A DNA stretch of 64,000 bases from Octopus sinensis. Lineage: Eukaryota. The position numbers and the translations under genes were made by a program. Shown here piece by piece: positions 53,180-64,000 of the stretch. A model generated the notes under the pieces. That model saw nothing but the letters and a program-made list of their open reading frames with translations. It ran no database searches and was not told the DNA's origin. Position 1 is the stretch's first letter; every line of letters starts with the position of its first letter. The stretch is taken from assembly GCF_006345805.1 (NCBI RefSeq), contig NC_042997.1, positions 40,548,001-40,612,000 of the forward strand. Reading direction: 5' to 3'.

Positions 53180-54400
53180 TATTAGGTCGTCAAGTATGAA
53201 ATTTGTAGAAAAGAAAAGAAATTGCTAATGTCTTCTAAATACGAGAAATAGTTTTATTCATCAAAGTATGCACCCATATTGTCAATACACTTTTGCCATT
53301 TCAGCGGTATCTTGTCCAGCTCGGAACTGTGAAAGTCTGGCAATCTAAAGTCAATAAAATCTTGGAAGACCTATTTTACAGCATCGTCGGAATCAAATGT
53401 TTTTCCTATCAAAAAGTTATCCAAATTCTGGAAGAAGTGGTAGTCAGTGGGGGCAAGATCAGGTGAATATGGTGGAAGATGGAGAACTTCTAATTCAAAC
53501 TCCTGTACTTTCGCCAATGTCATTTTTGCAATGTGTGGTCGGGCGTTGTCTTGCAATAAAATAGGAGTGGGTCTGTTGAATAATCGAGGCTGTTTGTTTG
53601 TTTTTGTAAGTTTCTGCATCATTTGGTCCAGTTGGCTGCAGAATACTTCGGCTTTGACTGATGAGCCAAGTTCAATGAAATCATAATGGATCAAATCTGT
53701 GCCAGACCACCAAACACACACCATCAGCTTCTTTTGATGAATTTTGCTTTTTGGACTGTGTTTTAGTGGCTCGTCTTTGTCCAACAATTGTGCTGAACGT
53801 TTACAGTTGTTGTACTGGATCTATTTCTCATAACATGTAACAATTCAATACAAAAATTATTCATTTTTGTAACGAGAAAGTAGCATAATGTAGGCTTCCA
53901 AACGTTGCTGATTCTGATTTTCATTGAGTTCATGTGGAACCTACTTATCCAACTTTTTCACTTTACCGATTTCAACACGGTGAGTCAATATTTTGACTTG
54001 CTAACACCAAACAACAACGATAATTCACGGGTACTTTGAGATGTATCTGACTCGACGGTGGCTTTCAGTTCGTTATTATCCACCTTTGTTTCTGATCGAC
54101 TGCGTTCCTCATTTGTGAGGTCAAAGTTATCAGGACGAAATTTTGCAAACCAATTTGATACTGTTTGCTGTGTAATAACATTAGAACGAAATATTCCGTT
54201 AATATTCTGAGCTGTCTGTGATGCCGTATTTCCAAGAAAGAACTCATATTTCAAAACTGTACGAATTTCCAACTTATCCATCTCTGAACAAAAATAGCAA
54301 AAGACGATTTATAAAGTGAGTTAGAATAAAAAAATGGATGTGTCAGCTTTCTAACAAAAAACAATTGTATTATAGTGCATCGTTGTGTCATTCAAAACAT
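53180..54400 (-). mobile_element. Mariner (DD34D) transposon with disrupted transposase
   Basis: ORF 53985-54281 (HTH region) and ORF 53371-53787 (LQDNARPH, PPYSPDLAPTDYHFF); WVPHEL on the minus strand near 53925-53942. Confidence 0.92.
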
Positions 54401-54403
54401 TTT

Positions 54404-54449
<46 letters not shown>

Positions 54450-54461
54450 TGTGTGTGTGTG

Positions 54462-54495
<34 letters not shown>

Positions 54496-54642
54496 CATAC
54501 ATATATATATATATGTGTATATATATATGTACATGCATAATACATACATACATATATATTTGTATATATATATATATATATTATATATATATATATATAT
54601 AAAATAATTTTCCGTGCTAGGATAATTCATTCACCTACTTAA

Positions 54643-54718
<76 letters not shown>

Positions 54719-55180
54719 GTATACATGCATACAGTGTGTGTGTGCTTTGTGAATAGTCACATATTTATAAAAGACATACATCAGTTGAAGGATCGTTCAA
54801 TCTCTTTAAGTAGAGTATCAGATATATTTTGTATTTACAAGAAAAGAATTGCCAGTGACCTGAAAACTCTACATTGTTTTACTGGATTCACTTATGGGAG
54901 TGAGGTGATGCCGGGGCATAACCTTAAATGTTTCCGTACAGTATATCGATCCCGAAGCTTATTTCACCCTCATGCTTACTTTATTTAAGCCTATGTCTAT
55001 TTGTTGTTACTCTTATGTTATACGAGAAGAAACGACTCCATTCGTTCTTTTAGGCCGATGTGAATTTTAATCAGTAGCCACGCAACTCTCCTCCGCACAC
55101 GTATACATACATATACTTTTATACACGTACACGAACACACCACATGCACGTAATACGATATAATATATAGAAGAAAAAGA

Positions 55181-55216
<36 letters not shown>

Positions 55217-55265
55217 GGTGATGGTTATGGCTTTTTTGGTAGTGGTGGTGGTGGTGGTGGTTGTT

Positions 55266-55298
<33 letters not shown>

Positions 55299-55593
55299 AT
55301 TGTTGTTGTTAGCGGACCCAAACAAGTTGGATGAAAAGACACGAAAGCAACGTTAGCCTTTTGCTACTTTCAACGAACTATCAAGAAAAATACATCGGAC
55401 CGCTGAGTTACTGGCGTAAATGACAACATTGTGATAGTCAACGTAAAGTGATTTTTTGTTTCTCTCTCTCTCTCTCTTGTCTTTTCTTTTTTCCGTTCTC
55501 TCAAAAATTCGTAAGTTCCTATGGCGTCAACAATATATAATTCACGTAGGTAAAAATAAAGTTTCTAAAATGGATAGAGAATTTCGAAAGATT

Positions 55594-55660
55594 GCTTTGG
55601 TTCAATGGTAGAACACCCGTCATGTCTACAGATGTGGGTTCGAGTCCCATGAGGAGATTT
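55594..55660 (+). other. tRNA-derived fragment (SINE head or pseudo-tRNA)
   Basis: A box tggttcaatgg and T-arm gtgggttcgagtcccat; no credible acceptor stem. Confidence 0.5.
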
Positions 55661-56994
55661 CTACTGTTTGTATCCAAAATTTACATTCAACCCAGTATTT
55701 GCATGCTATTATTTATAGCATGTTTCTGCTTCAAGATCCAATAATCATTTCACACACACACACACACACACACCACACACACACACGCACGCACACACAC
55801 ACATGTATATGCATATGAATGTATAAATCATACAAATAACAGAAGTCAGAGCAGAGAAAAGCAGAAATTGCAATTAATGTATGGTGTCAAAAATGTATGA
55901 AAAGCGTAGAAATATAAAGCGAAACATAACAAAGATGTGTACCATGAACCTTAATGCGCCAAAGGGAAAAACGAAACAAGGCTGACATCTCTTTTTTCAC
56001 TGAATGTGCATATCCCTAAGCTATGTGTGTGTCTGTGTATACCTTTGTCCATGTGTTTGTGCGCTACTTCTGATTATGTTGAAGATAGTAAAAAAACACA
56101 TTCCCCGGATACCTCTCGGTGGAATCGAACTTTCAGCTTTGTGAATTGTAAAACGATATTCATAAGAACGCAGTCATGCCTGTTCTGATTTACGAACAAT
56201 AGAATGTAATTTGTTTTAGTTACCACGGCCAAAATTATGCAGTAGCATCCGATCTATGATATACAGAATTGAAATTAAAGAATATATATATACTCGCGTG
56301 TGCATCTGTGTGTCAGTGTGCATGTGTGCTTGCATCAACATACGTGTATGCACTGGAAAAAGAAAGCGAATTAAGAGTGAGAGAGCTGGACAATAGGTTA
56401 AGAAGAGTGATATAAAACGAGAAAGGCTGAATGAAGTTATACACGTGTTAATGTAAATGAGCTGGTTTTTGAAGAGATGGGAATTCTTAGAAAATGACAG
56501 GTTACTTGAAATAGAATGCTCACGGTTACTAATTAAGTTGGTCTGTGTGATACTGATAGTGGATTCTCGTTATTTGTATCATAGCCTTAGACGGCGTCTT
56601 TCATACGGTAAACGACTTTATGTCAACCTTCAAGAAAAACATGACAACCGATTAATCTGCAGATGAAGCTGTTAAATTATCATCTAGAAAATTATATTAC
56701 CTAAAGTGATTCCTTGTTGATTTATAATTCGATAACCATCCAGTGCTAACAACACTTGCAGGTATTTAGGAAGGTTGTGACTAGTAGTTATGAGATGTAT
56801 TTAGTCCTACGTTGGCCACGATACTGAGAATTAAGAGTCTCCGCCCAGTATGTTCTTCACTCTTTGACTGATCGAACTCCCGTCGTCTCAAGTTTCATTA
56901 ACACACCCAGATAAATCTGTTGACATAATATATTACATTTACGCTTATATTTTGAATCAGTAACACGTTGGTTTTGTTGCTGTCTCAGTCGAAT

Positions 56995-57030
<36 letters not shown>

Positions 57031-58507
57031 ACACGCACACATACACGCACACACACTCCACACACATATAGACACATTCATTCATTCATTCGTGTGTTCC
57101 TTTATATAACCATACACATATGCGTATAACTATACGCATAGACCAGGTGATCAAGTAGTTAAACCATCAGATAGATAATTTTGGTTCTAATCCTCCGTTC
57201 CATGTTGTTTATACAAAACAGCATATGCCCCAGCATACTAACTGCCTAGAAAAGTGGCTGGACTTTCTGAGAAAAAAATCCATTAGTAATGATTACTCTT
57301 GGTAAAACTGTGATGCCGAAAATGTCAAGGAGCTGATCATATGGATATAAGGTGTGCTTTATTAAAAGATAAACATGTAGAAGCTTTGACGAATGAACTG
57401 CATCTGTCTCCCGAGGAATAGTCTTTGCACACAGTGTCTAGCTGATTCTGCGTGAATTAGCTAGAGAAAAAGTGCATATGTGATATTCAATAATCTACCT
57501 TACAAATCAAATAAGATGTAGAAGCCTTGGTCGATGATTGAAACATTACAGTTGTTTAAATCAGCAAAAGATACGTCATATAACAGCATTGAACTATTAT
57601 GTATGTGTGTATGCCTAAGGTTATAAACAAGAGGGGAAACTGTACTCAAAACAGAAGCAGAGTGTGAATATTTGTAGTAGTGTTGAAATCATTCTTGTTA
57701 ATACTCAACGTTTTGCATTCACCATTGACTGCATAACTACTAATGGAAAAGATATATATGAAATAATTATGAATAATGTAAACCGTAACAAAATCTATCT
57801 ATGTATATGGAATGAAAATAGCCTAAAGAATAAGAACGATTGTATGCAAAGAAATGCCAATGCTTGCTATCGTGTGTACGGTTAGGCACATGTTAGACAT
57901 GTTAGACATATGCATTTCCATATCTACGTAAGGATCACTTGCGTGAATGAGATGGTGCGGTAATTCTGTGGATTTCATGTAGGAATTTCAAGTATCAAGC
58001 TAAAGTTCAGTAACGCATACGTGCATGAGTACGTATGTCTATATATGCGTATGTTCCATAATAATACACGTAGCATCGCTGTAGCAGTGGACACCGTGTA
58101 AGAAGATAATCTAGTAATAACCAGTGACAGTAGAGAAAACTTTGATCTAACCCTGAGGTCTACATGCACAGCGAGGTGAAATGATTAGAGCTTATACGTT
58201 TGCATGTAAATTTATATAATTATAATTCACAAACAATATGCCTCTATATCTTAATGTATGTGTGTATACACGCACATGTAAAATACATATACATGTATGC
58301 ATGTGGGTCAGTTTGTATGCATGCATTTATGTATATCACAACAATGGTTCAGAAGTTTTAACGGCAAGTTGTTTGATTTCTTTTGTAAAATGACGTACGC
58401 GTACAATGGTCAGAATTGACCTTCAGATGTTTTCGTGGCTATGCTTATGTGACTTGCTCACTTGCAGTCGTATGTATAAAATATCGGCAAACACATTTCT
58501 TTTTCTC

Positions 58508-58549
<42 letters not shown>

Positions 58550-58720
58550 TGAAGACGCAATGACCAAATGAAATAAAATGATCTGTCTCAGAAACAGAAT
58601 CACTGTTGGGATTTATGCGTTAATTCTAATTTCGTGTTTACAGTTGACATGAGATTTGGATAAAAGCTTGACAGAGAAAGTAATATCAGAGATGAGAAAA
58701 TCAGCATATACGTACATACG

Positions 58721-58806
<86 letters not shown>

Positions 58807-58941
58807 TACGCACACATACGCACATATAAATAGATATGTTATACATACTGTATGTAGTATTTGAATGTGAAGATATAGATGTCCTGGTAGAATTTGGAGT
58901 TCAAGTATATATGCACACATATATATACATATATGTATGTA

Positions 58942-58983
<42 letters not shown>

Positions 58984-59113
58984 ATAGTATATATATATAT
59001 ATATATACATACATACATATATATGTGTGTGTATATTTATATATATATATACATATGCACACACATATATATGTATGTATATATATATATATACATACAT
59101 ATATATATATATA

Positions 59114-59189
59114 GCTAATAGCTGCCAAGTCATGTGTATGTATATATATATATATATATATACATACACATGACTTGGCAGCTATTAGC
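59114..59189. repeat. Perfect palindrome centred on a (TA)n tract
   Basis: gctaatagctgccaagtcatgtgtatg-(TA)n-catacacatgacttggcagctattagc. Confidence 0.9.
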
Positions 59190-59534
59190 AACACCAATCG
59201 ATGTATTAATCAGATTCCTCCATCGGAGTCGACGAATATTGTCGTGGCATGTGGCTGGCTGCGAGAAGTTCTCGAGAAGACTCAACATCTGGCGTTCGCG
59301 CTGGCCCTAGCCGGGACAATTTTTAGTCTCACAATGATATTTTTTGTGTTTTTCAACATGGCACGTTCATAACATGCTGTTTTTAGGATGAATATCGCAA
59401 CAACTTGCCTTTGAAGGCTGTATATATACTTTAATATCATACTGTTTCAATTGGATATACCGGATGTCATATATATATATATATTATATATATATATGTA
59501 TGTATTTGTGTGTGTGGGTGTGTATATGTGTATG

Positions 59535-59567
<33 letters not shown>

Positions 59568-59575
59568 TATATATA

Positions 59576-60068
59576 TCAAATGTGAGGATAAACTTCTTTT
59601 CGAAAAAAAATATTTTCTCGAAAAAAATTTATCATTGGCCAGCATATTAAAAAATACCTTTAACGGTTAAAATTATAAACAATTCATAAATGAGGGCAAA
59701 AGAAAATAATTCTAATGCCAAATATGCCGAAAAATTCGACATATTGTCCATTAACCATATATATTTTTCACAATACGCACGCTACTCGAAAAAAGGTCGA
59801 CAGAAATTTCTAAACAATTCCATTATTACCATTTCAGACCGATTTCAGAGTTAGCTACTAAGAGCCCTCTCTTCGTCAGTGATACACGTGGCAAAAGGAA
59901 TAAATGAGATACTTACTCGCCACCCATGGAAGAAGCAAATACTAAGTCATGGGCACAACTAAGTACCCCAAATACATCCAAAATAGAAATACTCCAGCCC
60001 ATTCGAGGCACGTGCGATTTGAACTGAGGCTCTCAATGGCATTAGAATTTCTTTTGCCCTCACTTATG

Positions 60069-60072
<4 letters not shown>
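59576..60072 (-). mobile_element. PLE-like insert between (TA)n tracts with HHR and partial inverted terminal copy
   Basis: Inverted repeat at 59681-59720 and 60037-60072; HHR at 59834-59882. Confidence 0.7.
59834..59882 (-). ncRNA. Type I hammerhead ribozyme motif
   Basis: tca-CTGACGA-AGAG..CTCT-GAAA-TCGG-TC-tga: ATCGGT quasi-palindromic stem III, GUC site. Confidence 0.7.
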
Positions 60073-60105
<33 letters not shown>

Positions 60106-60107
<2 letters not shown>

Positions 60108-60780
60108 CAAGGTGCGGTGAATGAACTGTCGTCTAAATTACGCATAAATGAAAATCACACTGATACCTCGTTTTAACATTTACTAAAATTACTTTGAAAT
60201 ATCTTGAAATACTAAAGAGTAAATTTATTCAATAAAATCACCATTGACTTCAACCACGACCTCCAGACGACTTCAGAATCTCCTGCTACTCTTCTGAATG
60301 GTCTCCTTGTATAGGCTGGTGAATGCTTCTATAATCCTTGCCTTCAATTCATCTTTGGTGTTATAAGGAGCTTTGTTAGTCTCTCGCTCAACTGCGCCCC
60401 ACGCATAATAGGGGGTTGCATTGTGGGGAATTAAGTGGTCTGATGTTAGGGGTGATGTGGTAGCGGAAATTGTCTGACAGCCATGACTGGGTTCTCCTGC
60501 TTGTGTGGCATAGTGCAGAGCCGTGTTGCAAGACATGGGGTCCTCCATCAGACATCCTCTTGACCCAGAGTAGCACTACCTCCTCCGGGCACCTGATGTA
60601 GGCCTCCGTGTTAAGTCTGAGGCCGTGAAGGAAGATGAATGGAGGCATAACGTCGCCATCACTAGTGATCACACTAAACATCATGCTGTGGACTGTATGC
60701 TTGATTTTTATCACTCTCGGTGTATGTCCTCAGATCACTGTCCTCAGATTGACACCCAAACACCTTCGCGCATAGCACTG
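60106..60780 (-). mobile_element. Tc1/mariner-superfamily (DD37D/maT-like) transposase relic
   Basis: SDGDVMPPFIF..LNTEAY, LQHGSALCH, PLNSPQCNP, YYAWGAVE; the left end starts TACA beside (TA)n. Confidence 0.8.
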
Positions 60781-61086
60781 TGTTTTAATCAATTGCTTTA
60801 ATGAGCTATCTTCTCTATGAAAAGTTGTATACTAAGTCACGAATGTGCACTCGAACGTCTGCAAAGAAAGAACCTCAACTTCTTCAAATTATTTGCATCT
60901 AATGTCTTGATAAAGACTGAATCCAAGTCAATAGAACACCCACGATATCGTTGGATATTTTGCATAAAATCGCCTTAAACTTAAACTTAAACTTACAGTC
61001 GCACATACTGGATAATGCAAAGCTGGTAGAGATGTTTTGGTTTGGATTATCTTTCACAGGATGACAGACAAAAAAAATGATGATAC

Positions 61087-61148
<62 letters not shown>

Positions 61149-61683
61149 GCCCTGATGCAGTACCAGGCAGTGGCTCTCATGGCTTCTGATCTTAACTGAT
61201 TGGAAGTATTATCATGTACATTGTTTTGTCTTGGTATAAAAGATGGGCTACAGCAAATATTCTGCTCAATACCACAGATTTGCTTGTCAGTTGTTTGACC
61301 TTAACCAGTTCAGCATGTCCCTTAGTGGCTGACGATATGTGCATCTCTGATCACAAGCAGAAGTAGTGGGGGAGCATCATAGCCATGTGTTGAGAGGGAT
61401 TCTTTGGGCTTTGAATAATTCACCTCTGGAAACGTGGGTGGTTCTTTCAACATCCTTAAACAACACTTATTCAGGGCTACTCAACCTGAAGAAAATTCTA
61501 ACTGAGCCCCACTTGCAAGGTCATGTGCTGTTTATATTGATATGAGATCACCATGTCGCGCATATATGGTTGTGATGCATGTGTCTAGTGTACCCTTATC
61601 AGACGGGTAGTCATGATGGGTATACTGGGCTTCGTATATTTTACCCCAGTGTCACTTTGATGGCATGCACTGCTCTCTCACTC
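61149..61683 (+). mobile_element. Non-coding interspersed element flanked on both sides by (AAT)n
   Basis: No ORF; 3' end shared with 44066-44252; embedded in AAT arrays. Confidence 0.7.
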
Positions 61684-61720
<37 letters not shown>

Positions 61721-61734
61721 TAATAATAATAATA

Positions 61735-61766
<32 letters not shown>

Positions 61767-62348
61767 AATAAAAGAGCATTCGTTAATGTAATCCAGCTTT
61801 GTCCACGCTGTAATTGTTTTTTCTGAGAAAAAACAATTACAGCGTGGATAATGTTCAAGTCATTGGTCAAGGGTTATTTATAATTGTGGTTGATGTGGCT
61901 AAATAACATAATAATACATAATAGCCCCTAGTCAGTAATTGGAACGTTTCACTTAAAGTGATGCAATCTTGAATGAATGAATAATAGAATAACTGAATAC
62001 CCCTAAAAGAATGGAAGAATGTCTGAATCAGTGAATAAATAAACAAGTATAACCGAATACATATATATACATTCATTCAGTGATTTGTGCATTTAATCTC
62101 GCAAAACCAACATTGAATCGATTATTGATTAGATCAATCTAGATATCCACATAAATATTCATTACACTCGTTCAGTCTTCCCGCCCAAGTGTGTTGGACT
62201 GTGCATTAATATCTATTACTATCTACCCCTGGACCGCCCACTTTCTATCTAAGTGCATATCGTCGCACATATCGTCTGGTCTTTAGTGAGTTTGTGCGCA
62301 TGTCTAATCAATAATGCGTGCGTGTGAGTGGCTATGTGAATGTGAATG

Positions 62349-62392
<44 letters not shown>

Positions 62393-62536
62393 CGTGTGTG
62401 TGTGTGTGTGTGTGTGTGCGTGTGTGCGTGCATACAAGTGTGTGTGCGAAAGAGCATTTCCACAGATTTGTCATTATTTCTGTCTGGCGTTTTCTACTTG
62501 TTGATTAAGTATATCTATCCATCTAGCCATCTATCC

Positions 62537-62599
<63 letters not shown>

Positions 62600-63129
62600 T
62601 GCCTGTGTGAGTTCACATATATAGTTTATATAACTTAAGTTTACACACACGTCCTATAGTATATATTCAGCCTTATGAGTTCAAAACTCACCTAGAGCAA
62701 GTGCCTTATTCATACTTTCCGAGTTAATAAATAAAGTGGCCGCCTTTTCGAATCTCAACACCCTAAATTCATATTATCCTTACTGCCAGCAAAATTGGTG
62801 ATTAACTTGCGAAGTCTTTAAGCTTGCGCCCAAAGCTAGTCGCTCTTAATGTCAGCACCTCAGCTGCCAGGAGAGATTGTAAGGAAATGCATTGGAGTCC
62901 TGTGCATTCAAGTAGCTCCAGTTACATAAAGCTACTGGATCTGTTGTGTGTACAAGCAGATCGGTTACTTGTTTATCTGAGATTGATCAAGTGAAGTAAA
63001 CACCTTCGATGGGAACACAGCAAGGTTCGAAAATCGATTATGGACGTTCATGATTCTTTTAATCTACTGCAATGTTCGTATATCCACTACGTAAACTTAC
63101 ACACACACACACATACACACACACGTTAT

Positions 63130-63130
<1 letters not shown>

Positions 63131-63202
<72 letters not shown>

Positions 63203-63237
63203 CAGGCAGACAAACAGACAGACAGATAGATAGATAG

Positions 63238-63313
<76 letters not shown>

Positions 63314-63314
63314 C
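63131..63314. repeat. (GATA)n/(GACA)n microsatellite
   Basis: Seen directly; another lies at about 21424-21501. Confidence 0.97.
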
Positions 63315-64000
63315 ATTTGATTGATAGATCGAGGAATTGATTGATTGATTAATTGACCGTTTGATTGATTGCAGATATAATTTATTATATATATGTATAT
63401 GTTCCCTTCCACAGTAGGCATCAATAACATTCATTTCTGAGAAAAAAGCGGTAATATATAATATCAAGAAATACAGAAGACAGCTGGAATATTTACGATG
63501 GTCTATATGGTATTTCTACAAGCAAAACTTTCGTCCGAGAATGCCCCAGTTCCGTATAATCTTCATAGAAATAAAACTTAAAGAAAAATCATGGTCATTT
63601 TATTATAGGGAAAAATATTTTATAAATATAACAAGAATATTTCTTCGTATAAAGCTGCATCACAGTGCCCTATAAAAATAAATGATGTTCAGTGTGATGT
63701 GTGAGTGCGCGCGCGTGTTTTGTGTGCTAATAAATAATTTAGAAAACGATATTGGTATTTGAAGCTTTAGAAAATAAACACGTGTTTCGGTGAAACGACC
63801 GCTACTATTACGCAAAACAATCAGCCAGATGACATTCCTTCGGCGTTCCCAACGAAAGTTGAAAAGCTTAGTGAGTCGACTTCCTCGCCTCTCTCTCTCT
63901 CTCTCTCCCTCCCTCCCTCTCTCTCTCCCCAAAATTTAACTACATGTGGATTGTTGGCGATTTCTTTCCCCCCCCCCGTCTTCCTTGCCTCTGCCTCCTG

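Noticed and set aside
55594-55660. Possible tRNA gene (also the SINE heads at 25081-25148 and 42152-42225)
   Set aside because: A and B boxes are present but there is no complete cloverleaf or acceptor stem; treated as tRNA-derived.
61329-61370. CTGACGA in the AAT-flanked element (also CTGAAGA at about 58549)
   Set aside because: No stem II, GAAA, stem III and UH arrangement follows.

Overview
AT-rich, microsatellite-saturated animal DNA, intergenic or intronic. The tRNA-derived SINE families look like those of Octopus; this is my inference and was not checked against a database. I cannot support any host protein-coding exon, and most listed ORFs are translations of (TA)n/(CA)n/(GATA)n tracts. 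The window holds three tRNA-SINE families, a young CR1-like LINE nested in an older LINE, R4/Dong-type RLE retrotransposon fragments, a Tx1-like 3' fragment, an APE-endonuclease relic, four decayed Tc1/mariner-superfamily transposons, a non-autonomous Helitron and two microsatellite-bounded tandem duplications. The most notable signal is a dense set of short (about 0.2-0.5 kb), non-coding Penelope-like (PLE) inserts, mostly embedded in (TA)n. They belong to several unrelated sequence families, yet carry minimal type I hammerhead ribozyme (HHR) motifs (CUGANGA-stem II-GAAA-palindromic stem III-UH), including a compensatory U3-A8 core. Four are head-to-head fold-back palindromes whose symmetry axis falls in or just 5' of the CUGANGA box; one of these has a 12-bp target-site duplication (TSD). 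A separate HHR element has a tRNA (Pol III) head, and several inserts share a TACTC..GAGTA 3' stem-loop. Ribozyme activity is inferred from sequence only. Coordinates of decayed repeats are approximate.
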